Sequence record: MZ475891.1
DNA: 64,000 bases
Reading direction: 5' to 3' (one strand)
A model generated the notes under the pieces. The model saw only the letters and a program-made list of their open reading frames with translations, had not been told where the DNA came from and made no database searches. Within the stretch, counting starts at the first letter, position 1, and every line of letters begins with the position of its first letter. Below, piece after piece: positions 1 to 9,771 of this stretch. The position numbers and the translations under genes are program-made.

Positions 1-666
1 ATCGATATGACCATCACGATGAATCAGCACCAGACCTGTACGCTTACCAGTAGAGTCAAAAGTCACATGGTAGTGTGCAAGGTCAACGTCAGTCAGTGCG
101 CTGAAGATCTTCGTGTTAGCCACAGCACCGTTAGTGTATAAACAGTACAGGGTTTTAGCTTGGCGATCATATACGAACGACACACGCTTGGTAAGGTCAA
201 ACGGTGCGTATGCGAGATCACTGATTTTAACTACAGGCGATTGCTGCAATTCAGCCTGAGTAGGATTGCGTACACCACCACCAATAACAAGACCGTTGTA
301 CGTCGGGTTTAGGGACGCACCAAGCGGCATTGCATCAACGCCTTGCGTGAAGAAGCGATAGTCCAGCGTCTTCTTGCGAGGTACGGTGAAGATACGAGAA
401 GCTGAATGAACCAGCATCCAGTTGTCACCGTCTTTGTAATAGACGACTACAGGCTGGGTTGTTGTCTCATCAACAGTGATAGTTGCCTTGAGGGATAGTG
501 CATACACAGAACCCGTTGGCGTAATGTCCATCTGAGATGTGTTGTTGCTAAACGTACCACCAGCAACACGAAACGTCAGGACGTCGGTATGACCAGAAAT
601 CGTTACGCTATCTGACCACGTAACTGGACCGCTGGCCTGCTCGACTACAGGAATCAATTCAGCCAT
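1..666 (-). CDS. probable virion structural protein, 3'-truncated by the window edge (absent from the ORF track)
   Basis: ATG at 666 after GAGGA RBS. Frame is open for 222 codons to position 1 (MAELIPVVEQASGPVTWSDSVTISGH...). Thr/Val-rich, beta-type composition, in a structural cluster. Confidence 0.6.
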   Translation of the reverse strand, partial: MAELIPVVEQASGPVTWSDSVTISGHTDVLTFRVAGGTFSNNTSQMDITPTGSVYALSLKATITVDETTTQPVVVYYKDGDNWMLVHSASRIFTVPRKKTLDYRFFTQGVDAMPLGASLNPTYNGLVIGGGVRNPTQAELQQSPVVKISDLAYAPFDLTKRVSFVYDRQAKTLYCLYTNGAVANTKIFSALTDVDLAHYHVTFDSTGKRTGLVLIHRDGHID

Positions 667-691
667 TGCTTTTCCTCACGATGTAGAAACT

Positions 692-715
692 AAAAAGGGC
701 GGCCGAAGCCACCCT
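692..715 (-). terminator. intrinsic terminator
   Basis: AGGGTGGC-TTCG-GCCGCCCT followed by TTTTT, just after the 729 stop. Confidence 0.85.
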
Positions 716-728
716 GTGAGGAATAGGC

Positions 729-1901
729 TTAGGCGCCTGAAGTTGGAGCTGGGTCTGCCGCTTTGTAGCCACGCAGGAAGAAGACACGCATACCGGTGTT
801 GTTCGGACTGTTAGCAGTCAGAGCTTTATAGGTACGCTTCTTCGGCGTAGTGCCATCGCTTTCCATCTCGTTGTACACCTGCACGTCGAGGTCGGTACCG
901 TTCGATACAACGTCAGCAGACGCGTAACCAACAATGTCCATCTCGTACGGGTAGCTGTAGCGCTGCGTGTTGAAGCCAGCAGGCAGACGGAAGTCGAAGT
1001 GGTTATCCTCAGAGAATGGAACCATCTGATATGGGTTGATAACCGCAGAGCAGTCAGCGCTGTGCAGATGCGCAGGAGCTGGAGCAGTCGGCGCATTCAC
1101 ATCAGATTCACGCACGGTAAAGCGCATGAGCTGGTACGAACCTGGGCTGTACGTGATAGGACGCACTTCGGTGTTGTTATCCGCAGCGCCACCACCGTTA
1201 ACGGTGAACATACAGAACAGAGGAGCTTTACCATCAACAACCACAGTACCATCGCTGTTGATAGCACGCTGAACAACGAACCACGCTGCACGGCAACCAT
1301 CAGAGTCATGGCCTTCTGCCTGAATGTGAACAGCGAAGCCGTGCTCAGTCAGAGAGATGTGGTAAGTGAACGGCGTAGCTTCTGGGTCAGCGAAGATCAG
1401 ACTGTCTGGGTTAGTCTGAGTTGGCGTGGTAACGTTCTGTGGGAACGCCATAGTGCCGCTGTAGTACACGCTGTTTTGGTTAGCACCAGCAATACCACGA
1501 TGCCAGAAGCATACTTCGGTATCACCAGTTGCACCCTGAGTACCAGTGAAGCGAGCACCAATCTGACCTGAATACTCAGGCATAGAGTTGGAGGTGGTAC
1601 CAGTAGTGCCTGTCTTAGACACAGTGCCCGTGTCAGAGATCTGCGTAGGCGAAGCAACATAAAGCTGCGTGCGCTTATCAGTTCCCTTCATGGCCACACG
1701 CCATTTCTGCGTAGCAGCCAGCGGATCAATGGTATCAGTCGCTTCGATTACGAAGGACGACAGGTCGGTAGAAGGCACAGTGGTTGCTGCCGTACCGTTG
1801 AAGCTGATCAGCTTAAAGCCATTAGCCAACAAATCATTCAGAATGTCTTTCCACATCTTCAGGTTGTTGGTGTAGCCTGATTTAACAATCAGTTTGTTCA
1901 T
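729..1901 (-). CDS. putative virion fibre/structural protein, paralog of 1920..2906
   Basis: 390 aa. Shares the blocks HG..H..AEG.D..G...WFVVQR, SADC...INP.Q, NTQRY.Y...D..GY.SADV and GMR with the neighbouring gene. Confidence 0.55.
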   Translation of the reverse strand: MNKLIVKSGYTNNLKMWKDILNDLLANGFKLISFNGTAATTVPSTDLSSFVIEATDTIDPLAATQKWRVAMKGTDKRTQLYVASPTQISDTGTVSKTGTTGTTSNSMPEYSGQIGARFTGTQGATGDTEVCFWHRGIAGANQNSVYYSGTMAFPQNVTTPTQTNPDSLIFADPEATPFTYHISLTEHGFAVHIQAEGHDSDGCRAAWFVVQRAINSDGTVVVDGKAPLFCMFTVNGGGAADNNTEVRPITYSPGSYQLMRFTVRESDVNAPTAPAPAHLHSADCSAVINPYQMVPFSEDNHFDFRLPAGFNTQRYSYPYEMDIVGYASADVVSNGTDLDVQVYNEMESDGTTPKKRTYKALTANSPNNTGMRVFFLRGYKAADPAPTSGA

Positions 1902-1919
1902 GTTTCAAATCCCCTAAGA

Positions 1920-2906
1920 TTAAGCTGAATCGCCGGCAGCAACAGGAAGCATCAGACGCATACCACGGTTGTCTTTACCGTTAGCGTTCATACCCTGATA
2001 CACGGTCTTATCAGCAGCTTTCAGCGGGTTCAGTTGCACCTGAGAGCCAGAAGACAGCACGTCGGCAGAGGTGTATCCCAGCATGTCCAGTGTAGCGAAG
2101 TACACGTAACGCTGAGTGTTGATCATCTGCGGGAACAGCACGATAGCGCGGTTACCTTCGGCAATCATAACCTGTTGCATTGGGTTGATGATTGGACCGC
2201 AGTCAGCGCTCGCCTGCACAGCAGACACAGGAACGGTAGCAGCATAGATGCCGTTCTCGATAACAACGTAGCGCTGAATCGATTCAGGCTTCAATGTATC
2301 GGGGTCGCCTGCCAGACCGCCGCCACATGAGAACACAGCGAACAACGGACTCTGGTCACCAGGCTTAGTGTCGCCTTCCTGAACGCCACGCTGAACAACG
2401 AACCACGAGAACGCAGTACCGGTGTTGTCGAAGCCTTCCGCATTCACATGCAGTGCTACGCCGTGGTCAGTAACAACCAGATCGTAAGTCAGTGGGTAAG
2501 CGGTAATATCAGCAGCCACATCCATCTTCCAGTCAGCAATCTGATCGATGAAGAAGCTGGTCAGCAGGCCAGACTTAGCCATACGACCAACCTGAACTGT
2601 AGCAGAACGCATAGCAGCAGTGTAGTCTTCGGCATCAACCTGAAGATCAGGCAGGACGTTGACCGACATCTGTTTGTTTGCGTTATCAGCGGTCAGGATG
2701 ATGCCCCACTTCTGAGATGTATACAGCGGGTCTACTGAGGCGCTAGCCAGCAGATAGAACGACTTGCCGGTAGGGGTGACAGTAGTGCCAGCCTTACCAT
2801 CGACAGCGACCAGGGCAAAGCCTGACGTGATCAATTTAGCAACCAAGTCACGGGTCAGTGCTTCCAGACCGATGAGCTTAGTCACGTTAGTGTGTTGAAT
2901 TGCCAT
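1920..2906 (-). CDS. putative virion fibre/structural protein, paralog of 729..1901
   Basis: 328 aa with the same conserved blocks as 729..1901. Confidence 0.55.
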   Translation of the reverse strand: MAIQHTNVTKLIGLEALTRDLVAKLITSGFALVAVDGKAGTTVTPTGKSFYLLASASVDPLYTSQKWGIILTADNANKQMSVNVLPDLQVDAEDYTAAMRSATVQVGRMAKSGLLTSFFIDQIADWKMDVAADITAYPLTYDLVVTDHGVALHVNAEGFDNTGTAFSWFVVQRGVQEGDTKPGDQSPLFAVFSCGGGLAGDPDTLKPESIQRYVVIENGIYAATVPVSAVQASADCGPIINPMQQVMIAEGNRAIVLFPQMINTQRYVYFATLDMLGYTSADVLSSGSQVQLNPLKAADKTVYQGMNANGKDNRGMRLMLPVAAGDSA

Positions 2907-2913
2907 ATGTCAA

Positions 2914-3699
2914 TCACTCCAATACAAGATAGGTGACAGTGAGTTTAGGTTTTGCAGGGGACGTGCCGATATTCTTCATCCGCCACGAAACAACGTTGGT
3001 GTTATCTCGGTTAGCCAAGAAGCTATAACGACGCAGCTTTTTCAAGACAGGGTTACCGTCAGCATCCTCGTCGTAGAATACGCCATCATCTACCAAGAAA
3101 TTAGCAGTAGAGCGGAATAAATACGGGTTTCTGTCAGAACGATCAGAGGATTCGAACGCAGACAACTCAATGTCGAAAGCATTTGTCTCCACGCGTATGA
3201 GCATACACGATTTGTTCATCGTCAGGTCGAAGTCAAGTTGTTGGCCAGGCGTGAGATACGCACCAGCTTCGAACTCAACAGTTTTACGCACGCCCTGGTT
3301 TTCGTTGCCGCTCATATCAACCCACATCATCGTACCGTTAGCGCCAGAGGTGAGGGTCATACCCGCATACTCAGGTTCAGGCACTTGCTTATTGGGATCG
3401 ATACCAACAACAGTTAAACCAGTTTCATCTACAGCGGTTACGAACGGAGCATCAAAACGATAGTTCGATCCTCCGAATTTCGCTTCCTCCCATGTTACGT
3501 TGTCTGTACCAAGTTGATACATCTTCTTGGTCTCTGTGACGTAACACAACATCCCAGGCTTTTTATTACCTACAGACATTGCGTTACGATCAGCAAGAGT
3601 TGGCAGACAGCGCATACCCCCTCGAAGATATTTGTCCTCGAGGAGATATGGGAGAGCTGTAGATGCAGGCACCAAGAACGAAGTCATGTTGACCGGCAT
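2914..3699 (-). CDS. putative virion fibre/decoration protein
   Basis: N-terminal GGMRCLPTLADRNAM...KKPGMLCYVTETKKMYQL resembles a recurrent phage fibre N-terminal module. Located in the structural cluster. Confidence 0.45.
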   Translation of the reverse strand: MPVNMTSFLVPASTALPYLLEDKYLRGGMRCLPTLADRNAMSVGNKKPGMLCYVTETKKMYQLGTDNVTWEEAKFGGSNYRFDAPFVTAVDETGLTVVGIDPNKQVPEPEYAGMTLTSGANGTMMWVDMSGNENQGVRKTVEFEAGAYLTPGQQLDFDLTMNKSCMLIRVETNAFDIELSAFESSDRSDRNPYLFRSTANFLVDDGVFYDEDADGNPVLKKLRRYSFLANRDNTNVVSWRMKNIGTSPAKPKLTVTYLVLE

Positions 3700-3711
3700 C
3701 TACTTTCTCCT

Positions 3712-6700
3712 TTACGCAGTACCTGAGCCTGGGGTAGAAGAACCATAGGTCAGTTTGAACGTATACGCCAGATTATCAAACGGGAAGTCGTTGCGGTAAA
3801 CAACATAGTCCACGCCGTTAATCTGAACTTCCGCAGGACCTGCAAAGTTGAAGTCGTCAAACTCCAACGCGCCATCCCATGAACCAGCAAAGCCCTGTGC
3901 AGACTCCACGAAGTAACCGTAACCCAGAGACTTAGGCCACGCAACGTAGAAGAACACGTTGTTGCTACTTGTACTGGTGTTAGCAGGGCACGTCAGCGTC
4001 TGTTGACCGCTAAGCGTCAGCGCATTTTGCAGACCAGAAACGAACTGTGCATCGTAGTTCGTAACAGAGGTCACCTTAGTGCGATAGCCGAAGCGAGCAC
4101 CCAGGTCAGCAACCTGCTCTTTCTTCAACGTCACGTCTTTGGTTGCAGTCTTGCTTACACCGTTCTTGGTATAAGTCAGAGTGATTGTGACAACAGCATC
4201 AGCAGTCACTTTGTCAGACTTGAGCAAGCCGCCTACAACGCTCAGGCCAGTAGCAGTACCAGACTTAACAGCAACAGACCACACGCTACCGCTATCAGCA
4301 GTTACGTCAGGCGTGGTGCCATCAGACATAGTAGCAGTACCAGTGTACTGAGTGTTCACGCCGCCGATGATTGAATCACTACCAGTGATAGTAACTGAAT
4401 CAGGTGTCGCAGGAGCAGGCGTGTTCGTTACAGTCAGGTTCGCAGTTTGCGCTTGGCTGTTATACGAAGCAGTACCAACGATGATCGTCTGTTGCGCGGA
4501 CGTCACAGTGTTACCAACGATCTTGTCCGTGCCGTTAAACGTAAACGCAGTAGAGCTACCGCTTGAACGACTAACAACAGGAGTCAGGTCAACCGTGCTA
4601 CCGCCAGAAAGAGTCAGACGCAGAACATAAGTGCCGGTCTCACCTTTGTTGACAGCAGTTGGACCCACCAGCTCGCGCTTAGTGATAGTCTCAGCTTGGT
4701 TGATAATCTGAATCGTTTTCTCTGGCGTGTATGCCGTACCATCAACAGTGACGTTAGCAGCACGCAACGTTGCGGTTTGGTTCTGGCTGATCGTGTTCGC
4801 AGGAACATTAACTTTCGTGCGACTTGCGGTCGTACCAGACTGCAACTGAGCATACGCAGCACCCTGAGGCAGTGTCCACGTTGGGTTAGTCGCGGTGTAT
4901 TCTACCACAGCGCCAGACAGACGCGTCACACGCACATAGTATTCACCAGCAGTACCGCCCTCAGTGATTGAGTCAGGACCTACAATGTCTACAGTGCTTA
5001 CGGTGTCAGTCGGACCAGTTACGGTGAAGCTAACAGTACCAGTCTTCGTCACGCCGCCAACAGTTGCAGTAACGTTGACAGTGAACGTCAGACTTCCGTA
5101 GAACCCGTTAAGAGCTTTCGTGGTACGAATGCGCCAGCCAGTTGTTCCACCAGCAACGATCTCGAAATACTGAGCAGTCGCAGCAGGCAAGGTGTAGCTG
5201 AGTTCCGCACTTGTGCCCTCACGCGTAGAGTTATCGCTGAACGTCAGAGTGCTATGCAGGTCTTTCGCAGTCTGTGCAGCATCGTTAAATGCATACGCAG
5301 GCGTAGGAGCAGCAGGCTGAACGGACAGCAGACTGATAACAACCACGTTCTTGATCAACACGGATTTCTGTGCAGTCAAGCCACCAGCAGTCGCACGAAT
5401 CAATGCGGTGCTATCCTGAGTTACTTCGCCAGCAGTCAACACACCCGTTTGAGCGATTGATGCGAACGCGCTACCCTGAATAACAGACCACATAGGTGAT
5501 GCAACCTGAACTTCACTTCCATCACTGTAGATTGACCAGGCAGTGTATGGGCTGGTGGAGTTCTCGTTCATCTGGTCTGCGCCACGCACTTCCAGACTAA
5601 CAACAGTCGGTGGGTTACCAACGATTGATACAGGCAGCGTTGCAGTCTTCGTAATACCGTTTTCAGTATACGAGGCGTAGATGGTCACGCTAGACGTAGC
5701 GACAGGAACAGCACCAACAGTCAACGTTGAGTTATCGAATGTAGCGTACTGGTTAGTCGCTTGCAGACGGAACTCATTCGGGCTAACTGTTTCTGTATGA
5801 CCATCAGAGTAAGTAGCGAGCACGGTGTAACCCGTCTGCGTCTTCTCTTGCACTGACGATGGACCGATAATCTGAATCTTCGTCAGGTCAACAACAGGCA
5901 CCACATTGACGACAGTCAGATTGAGCGTAGCGTTGACCGTGTGAGTACCTTCTTTGTAAGAAGCGGACAGCACGACAGGAACGTCAGCAGTCACAGTACC
6001 AGCAGTAACGGTCTTGTTGACGATGGTCACAATATCCAGACGGTCAGCAGTAAACGTCAGAGGGTCAACGGTACGCGTGTGGCCATCAGAGTAAGTTGCG
6101 AGGAAAGTATAGTTCGCACTTTCGCCGCTGCGAATCGTGTTCGCACCCTGAATTGCCAGAGCAGTAACGAAGATCTCTTCTGCTTCATGGATGATTGTGA
6201 TAGGCTTGGTGCCTGTAATCGTCTGCGAGCCTGACGTGTAACTTGCATTCAGCGTAACAGCGCGATCTTGTGCTGTCTCTTTGCGTGCAGTAACGACATT
6301 GGCATCGATAGCGGTGTAGGTAGCAGGAGACGCTGTGAATGAATTGGCAGTTACCATTTCAGTGTCACCGTTCGACCAAGTTACCTTGAACGTGTACGAG
6401 GCAGAAGCCTGCGACGCGATGGTATCTTGTCCGAGAATCTCCAGCTTAGTCATCACCTGCGCCTTGACTGTTACGTCTTTGGTTGCTGTGAAGTCTACGC
6501 CGTTATATGTGTACGTTGCAGTCAGAGTAGAAACGGTATCAGTCGCAACCTTCTGCGCAGTACCCACCAGACCAACAAGCGACAGCACATCCGTTTTAGA
6601 TGAGGTGAAGTTGTTAGGCTGGACAGTTGCAACAGCGCCTGACTTGTAACGAGCAGTCACGCTGTAGGTTTCTTTCTGCTTGTACAACAGGCTGCTAGAA

Positions 6701-7725
6701 CCAATGATGGCGATAGATACCAGCTCATCATTTGGGATGAATGCGTTCTTAATCAGCAGGTCGTAAGTAGCTGTTATCGTATTGCCATACACAGGGTCAA
6801 TCTTGGTGGCAGTCACTTTGAGAACTACGTCAGCAGACAAATCAGGCGCGGTAACAGTACCGTCTTCTGAGATAGTCACACCAATAACGTTCTCTTGAAT
6901 CGTCCACACAACGCCAGTAGGATTGTGCTCGATACGGTCAGACCATTCAGCGTCGATAGCCAGCTTAACGCTGGAGTTATCTGACATGTACGAAGCTGAA
7001 CCAGGCAGGCTGATACGCAGATTCATTAAGTGAGGAGATTCCCACTCAACGTTATCTGATACAGGCTTAATCCACTTACCAATGTATTTGTTCGCATTGG
7101 CTGGGTCCTGATCAACGATTGCCAGAACGTAGCCAGGCTGCGGCTGATTCGAAGAAGCTACCTCAACAAACGCTGAGGAGTTCAGACGAATCATCGTGCG
7201 TGGATAGTCTGGGTGATCGTGATTGGTCGGATAGCGTGGGTCTGACATACGCGGGTCAGAGCCAGATACCGCAATCGGGTCTTCTGCATCAGCAGGGTCC
7301 GTCTTCGTCTGCACACTACCGATACGATTCGTATTAGCATGAGGGATTTCGAGATCCCCTTCTTCGATGCCCAGGTCACCAGCATTCTCCACAACGCGGC
7401 GGAAGAACTGCTTAGAGTTAAACAGCGAAGCGTAGTCAGGAACGGACACCCAAGAACCACGGTGGTTGCCGTCAGACACATGGCTGGTGCGGCGCAGCAC
7501 ATACTGATACTGTGGGCTGCCTGAGTTCGCATCAATCCAAATCAGATTGTATGGCTTCTCAGAGAATGACGGCTCTGTCAGCGACACTACAACTTGATAT
7601 ACGTCGGTCTGATCGTTCGCATTGGGACGAAACAGGAACGTGATTGGGTTGCGTGGAGTCAGGCCGCGAGTACGGGCCAAAGCGATGTACTGCTTGGCGA
7701 ATCCGTCAATGGTGGTCACACTCAT
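3712..7725 (-). CDS. large Ig-like repeat virion fibre protein
   Basis: 1337 aa with about 10 repeats of ~90 aa (L.I.G...I.E...Y...ATYSDG....V.P...VTI.ASYT..G.T.TATK.VTI), typical of bacterial Ig-like domains. N-terminal module is shared with 7722 and 8365; C-terminal domain is shared with 9039. Confidence 0.75.
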   Translation of the reverse strand: MSVTTIDGFAKQYIALARTRGLTPRNPITFLFRPNANDQTDVYQVVVSLTEPSFSEKPYNLIWIDANSGSPQYQYVLRRTSHVSDGNHRGSWVSVPDYASLFNSKQFFRRVVENAGDLGIEEGDLEIPHANTNRIGSVQTKTDPADAEDPIAVSGSDPRMSDPRYPTNHDHPDYPRTMIRLNSSAFVEVASSNQPQPGYVLAIVDQDPANANKYIGKWIKPVSDNVEWESPHLMNLRISLPGSASYMSDNSSVKLAIDAEWSDRIEHNPTGVVWTIQENVIGVTISEDGTVTAPDLSADVVLKVTATKIDPVYGNTITATYDLLIKNAFIPNDELVSIAIIGSSSLLYKQKETYSVTARYKSGAVATVQPNNFTSSKTDVLSLVGLVGTAQKVATDTVSTLTATYTYNGVDFTATKDVTVKAQVMTKLEILGQDTIASQASASYTFKVTWSNGDTEMVTANSFTASPATYTAIDANVVTARKETAQDRAVTLNASYTSGSQTITGTKPITIIHEAEEIFVTALAIQGANTIRSGESANYTFLATYSDGHTRTVDPLTFTADRLDIVTIVNKTVTAGTVTADVPVVLSASYKEGTHTVNATLNLTVVNVVPVVDLTKIQIIGPSSVQEKTQTGYTVLATYSDGHTETVSPNEFRLQATNQYATFDNSTLTVGAVPVATSSVTIYASYTENGITKTATLPVSIVGNPPTVVSLEVRGADQMNENSTSPYTAWSIYSDGSEVQVASPMWSVIQGSAFASIAQTGVLTAGEVTQDSTALIRATAGGLTAQKSVLIKNVVVISLLSVQPAAPTPAYAFNDAAQTAKDLHSTLTFSDNSTREGTSAELSYTLPAATAQYFEIVAGGTTGWRIRTTKALNGFYGSLTFTVNVTATVGGVTKTGTVSFTVTGPTDTVSTVDIVGPDSITEGGTAGEYYVRVTRLSGAVVEYTATNPTWTLPQGAAYAQLQSGTTASRTKVNVPANTISQNQTATLRAANVTVDGTAYTPEKTIQIINQAETITKRELVGPTAVNKGETGTYVLRLTLSGGSTVDLTPVVSRSSGSSTAFTFNGTDKIVGNTVTSAQQTIIVGTASYNSQAQTANLTVTNTPAPATPDSVTITGSDSIIGGVNTQYTGTATMSDGTTPDVTADSGSVWSVAVKSGTATGLSVVGGLLKSDKVTADAVVTITLTYTKNGVSKTATKDVTLKKEQVADLGARFGYRTKVTSVTNYDAQFVSGLQNALTLSGQQTLTCPANTSTSSNNVFFYVAWPKSLGYGYFVESAQGFAGSWDGALEFDDFNFAGPAEVQINGVDYVVYRNDFPFDNLAYTFKLTYGSSTPGSGTA

Positions 7726-8354
7726 GCTTTTTTCTCCAGAATATCGGTCGCAAGCAATTGACCATATGAAGCCTTAACTGTCGAATCAGCAACAAACGTA
7801 GAACCATTCTGACCGACGGTAGCATCCATGTTGACTTTATCCTGCACGGTCTTCACTTCGACCAGAGGCTTCTCTGGGTGCATCTCATCGTGTGGCAGAG
7901 GTGTACGCTTGTCAGTATTGCGTGGGTCAGACACAGCAACAAAAGTTGGACGACCAACAGAAGCAGGCTCAGTTGTGAGACGAGCAATACCATACTCATC
8001 CACAGCAGCATTAGGAATATCTGCGCCGCCTTCAAGGTCAGCCGGATCGTAATACTGCGGTGCCCAGAACGAGTTGAAGTTCTTCACTTCTTCCCACGTG
8101 TTCTGATAACCACCAGACGGTTGCTTGTTCTTACGCGCAATGAACTTGCGGTAGAATGCGCTGTTAACATCCATGCACAGCCAGACGACATTCATCGGCA
8201 GCACAACGCCAACAGGCTCTTGCGATGCAACAATGTGCGTGCAGCTAATGTTGAGTGTTGGGTTAATCTGACGCACGATTTGGTCTTTCGTCGTATCGTC
8301 AGCGAAACCAGTAACGGCCAACAGAGCAGCGGCCAGATCATTCAGTGTAGTCAT
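7722..8354 (-). CDS. putative fibre-associated virion protein
   Basis: Likely start is ATG 8354 (GGAG RBS; the ORF-track start overlaps the upstream gene). Shares W...D.NS and DPR..D.R.P..H..HP with neighbours. Confidence 0.55.
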   Translation of the reverse strand: MTTLNDLAAALLAVTGFADDTTKDQIVRQINPTLNISCTHIVASQEPVGVVLPMNVVWLCMDVNSAFYRKFIARKNKQPSGGYQNTWEEVKNFNSFWAPQYYDPADLEGGADIPNAAVDEYGIARLTTEPASVGRPTFVAVSDPRNTDKRTPLPHDEMHPEKPLVEVKTVQDKVNMDATVGQNGSTFVADSTVKASYGQLLATDILEKKA

Positions 8355-8364
8355 AACCGCTCCA

Positions 8365-9003
8365 TTAGTTAGAAGGTGAGGCGAGTTCGGACTCACGTAC
8401 TTTACGCCATTGAAGCGTGTTGTCTTCAAGCACCATAATCTGGTTAACTTGAGGTACGTTCTGGTCCTTAATCGGGACAAACTCTTCGCCGTAGCTACCG
8501 TTGATACTGATCATGGTGGCAGGCTTCTCGGGGTGCGTGTGATCTTTCGGGTCACGGTTATTCGTCAGTGTTTCATCACCTTCGAGGATAACACGAGATT
8601 CAGCTTCTGGATAAGACAGATAGCCGACACCACGAGTAAGAGAAGTGGCCAGAGGAGGCAGCGACTGGTTAATGACTTTGAGATCATCTGGGTCATATTG
8701 CTGGTCAGTCATTGCATCTTCATAGAAGTACAGCTGGGTCCATACATCTTTGTACGGATCGATTGGGTCTTTCACTGTACGCTTGAAAGCAGTACGGAAA
8801 GTGGAAGACTCTGGGTCCAAGTCAATCCAGATACAATTGACAGGCAGGACCACATAACGCGGAATCGCATACGAGCAGTAGAACAACAGACCTAACTGCG
8901 AACCGTCTTTGGGCAGACGAAACATGATTGGGTTTTTGTTCTGCTGGTGGATATTCGTAAGCAACTCAACGTTACTGATGAACTGTTCAAGTTTCAGTTC
9001 CAT
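8365..9003 (-). CDS. putative fibre-associated virion protein
   Basis: 212 aa, GGAG RBS. NPIMFRL, CIWIDLD and NNRDPKDHTHPEKP parallel the N-terminus of 3712..7725. Confidence 0.55.
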   Translation of the reverse strand: MELKLEQFISNVELLTNIHQQNKNPIMFRLPKDGSQLGLLFYCSYAIPRYVVLPVNCIWIDLDPESSTFRTAFKRTVKDPIDPYKDVWTQLYFYEDAMTDQQYDPDDLKVINQSLPPLATSLTRGVGYLSYPEAESRVILEGDETLTNNRDPKDHTHPEKPATMISINGSYGEEFVPIKDQNVPQVNQIMVLEDNTLQWRKVRESELASPSN

Positions 9004-9038
9004 TGTGTTCTCCGTGTAACCATAAGCGGTGATTAAAA

Positions 9039-9725
9039 TTATACAGGGTCGCCGGACTTGTTGCTGGTACTGCCGTATTTAATACGGAATACATAATCGA
9101 GGCTGTCGAATGGGAAGTCGTTACGATAAACGACATAATCATAACCGCCTAAAGATACTTCGGCTGCGCCTTCAAAGTTGAAGTCGTCGAACTCCATTGC
9201 ACCATCCCACGAGCCTGTAAAGCCTTGCGCTGTCTCTTGGAAGAATCCATACATGAGACGCTTAGGCCAAGCAACGTAGAAGAAGCGTTTGTTGTCAGAC
9301 GTCGATTCATCTGGAGGGCACGTAATGAGCTGGTCGCCTGTCTCTGTAAGAGTAGCGAGCGTAAGCGATCGGAAGAATGCGTCATCGTAATCGGTAAGCG
9401 ACATAACTTTGTCATGAATACCAAAGCGAGGTCCGTACTCACCGCTGAACGGAACGGAGACATGCACCGTGTTTGAGACACGCAGCGGCGTATCTGTATT
9501 GCCATACACCTTAGCAGTCAATCGATGTTCGCCCGTATCAAGAGTCAGGTCAGGCGCATCCAGACGAACAGTTCCTGTGCGTGAATACAGGACCTTACCG
9601 TTCTGATCTTCGATTGTTGTTTTGGTGACGCCCGTAGTGTTGTCATTAGAAATGGTGGACTGCATAGTATACGCACGAGGAAGCGCGATATAGTCCATGC
9701 TGTTACCAACGGCCAAAATGAACAT
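9039..9725 (-). CDS. virion protein with a C-terminal domain duplicated from the Ig-repeat fibre
   Basis: FFYVAWPK..YG.F.E.AQGF.GSWDGA.EFDDFNF.G.AEV...G.DYVVYRNDFPFD is shared with the C-terminus of 3712..7725. GAGG RBS. Confidence 0.6.
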   Translation of the reverse strand: MFILAVGNSMDYIALPRAYTMQSTISNDNTTGVTKTTIEDQNGKVLYSRTGTVRLDAPDLTLDTGEHRLTAKVYGNTDTPLRVSNTVHVSVPFSGEYGPRFGIHDKVMSLTDYDDAFFRSLTLATLTETGDQLITCPPDESTSDNKRFFYVAWPKRLMYGFFQETAQGFTGSWDGAMEFDDFNFEGAAEVSLGGYDYVVYRNDFPFDSLDYVFRIKYGSTSNKSGDPV

Positions 9726-9741
9726 ATGACCTCACAATACG

Positions 9742-9767
9742 AAAAAGGAGGACCGAAGCCCTCCCTT
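9742..9767 (-). terminator. intrinsic terminator after the tail sheath gene
   Basis: GGGAGGGC-TTCG-GTCCTCC followed by TTTTT. Confidence 0.85.
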
Positions 9768-9771
9768 ATGA

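Noticed and set aside
3900-7050. Repeats in the Ig-domain gene as a tandem DNA repeat or DGR/VR-TR pair
   Set aside because: The repeats are protein-level and diverged. The 3712/9039 duplicated domain differs at all base types rather than only adenines, and no reverse transcriptase lies in the window.
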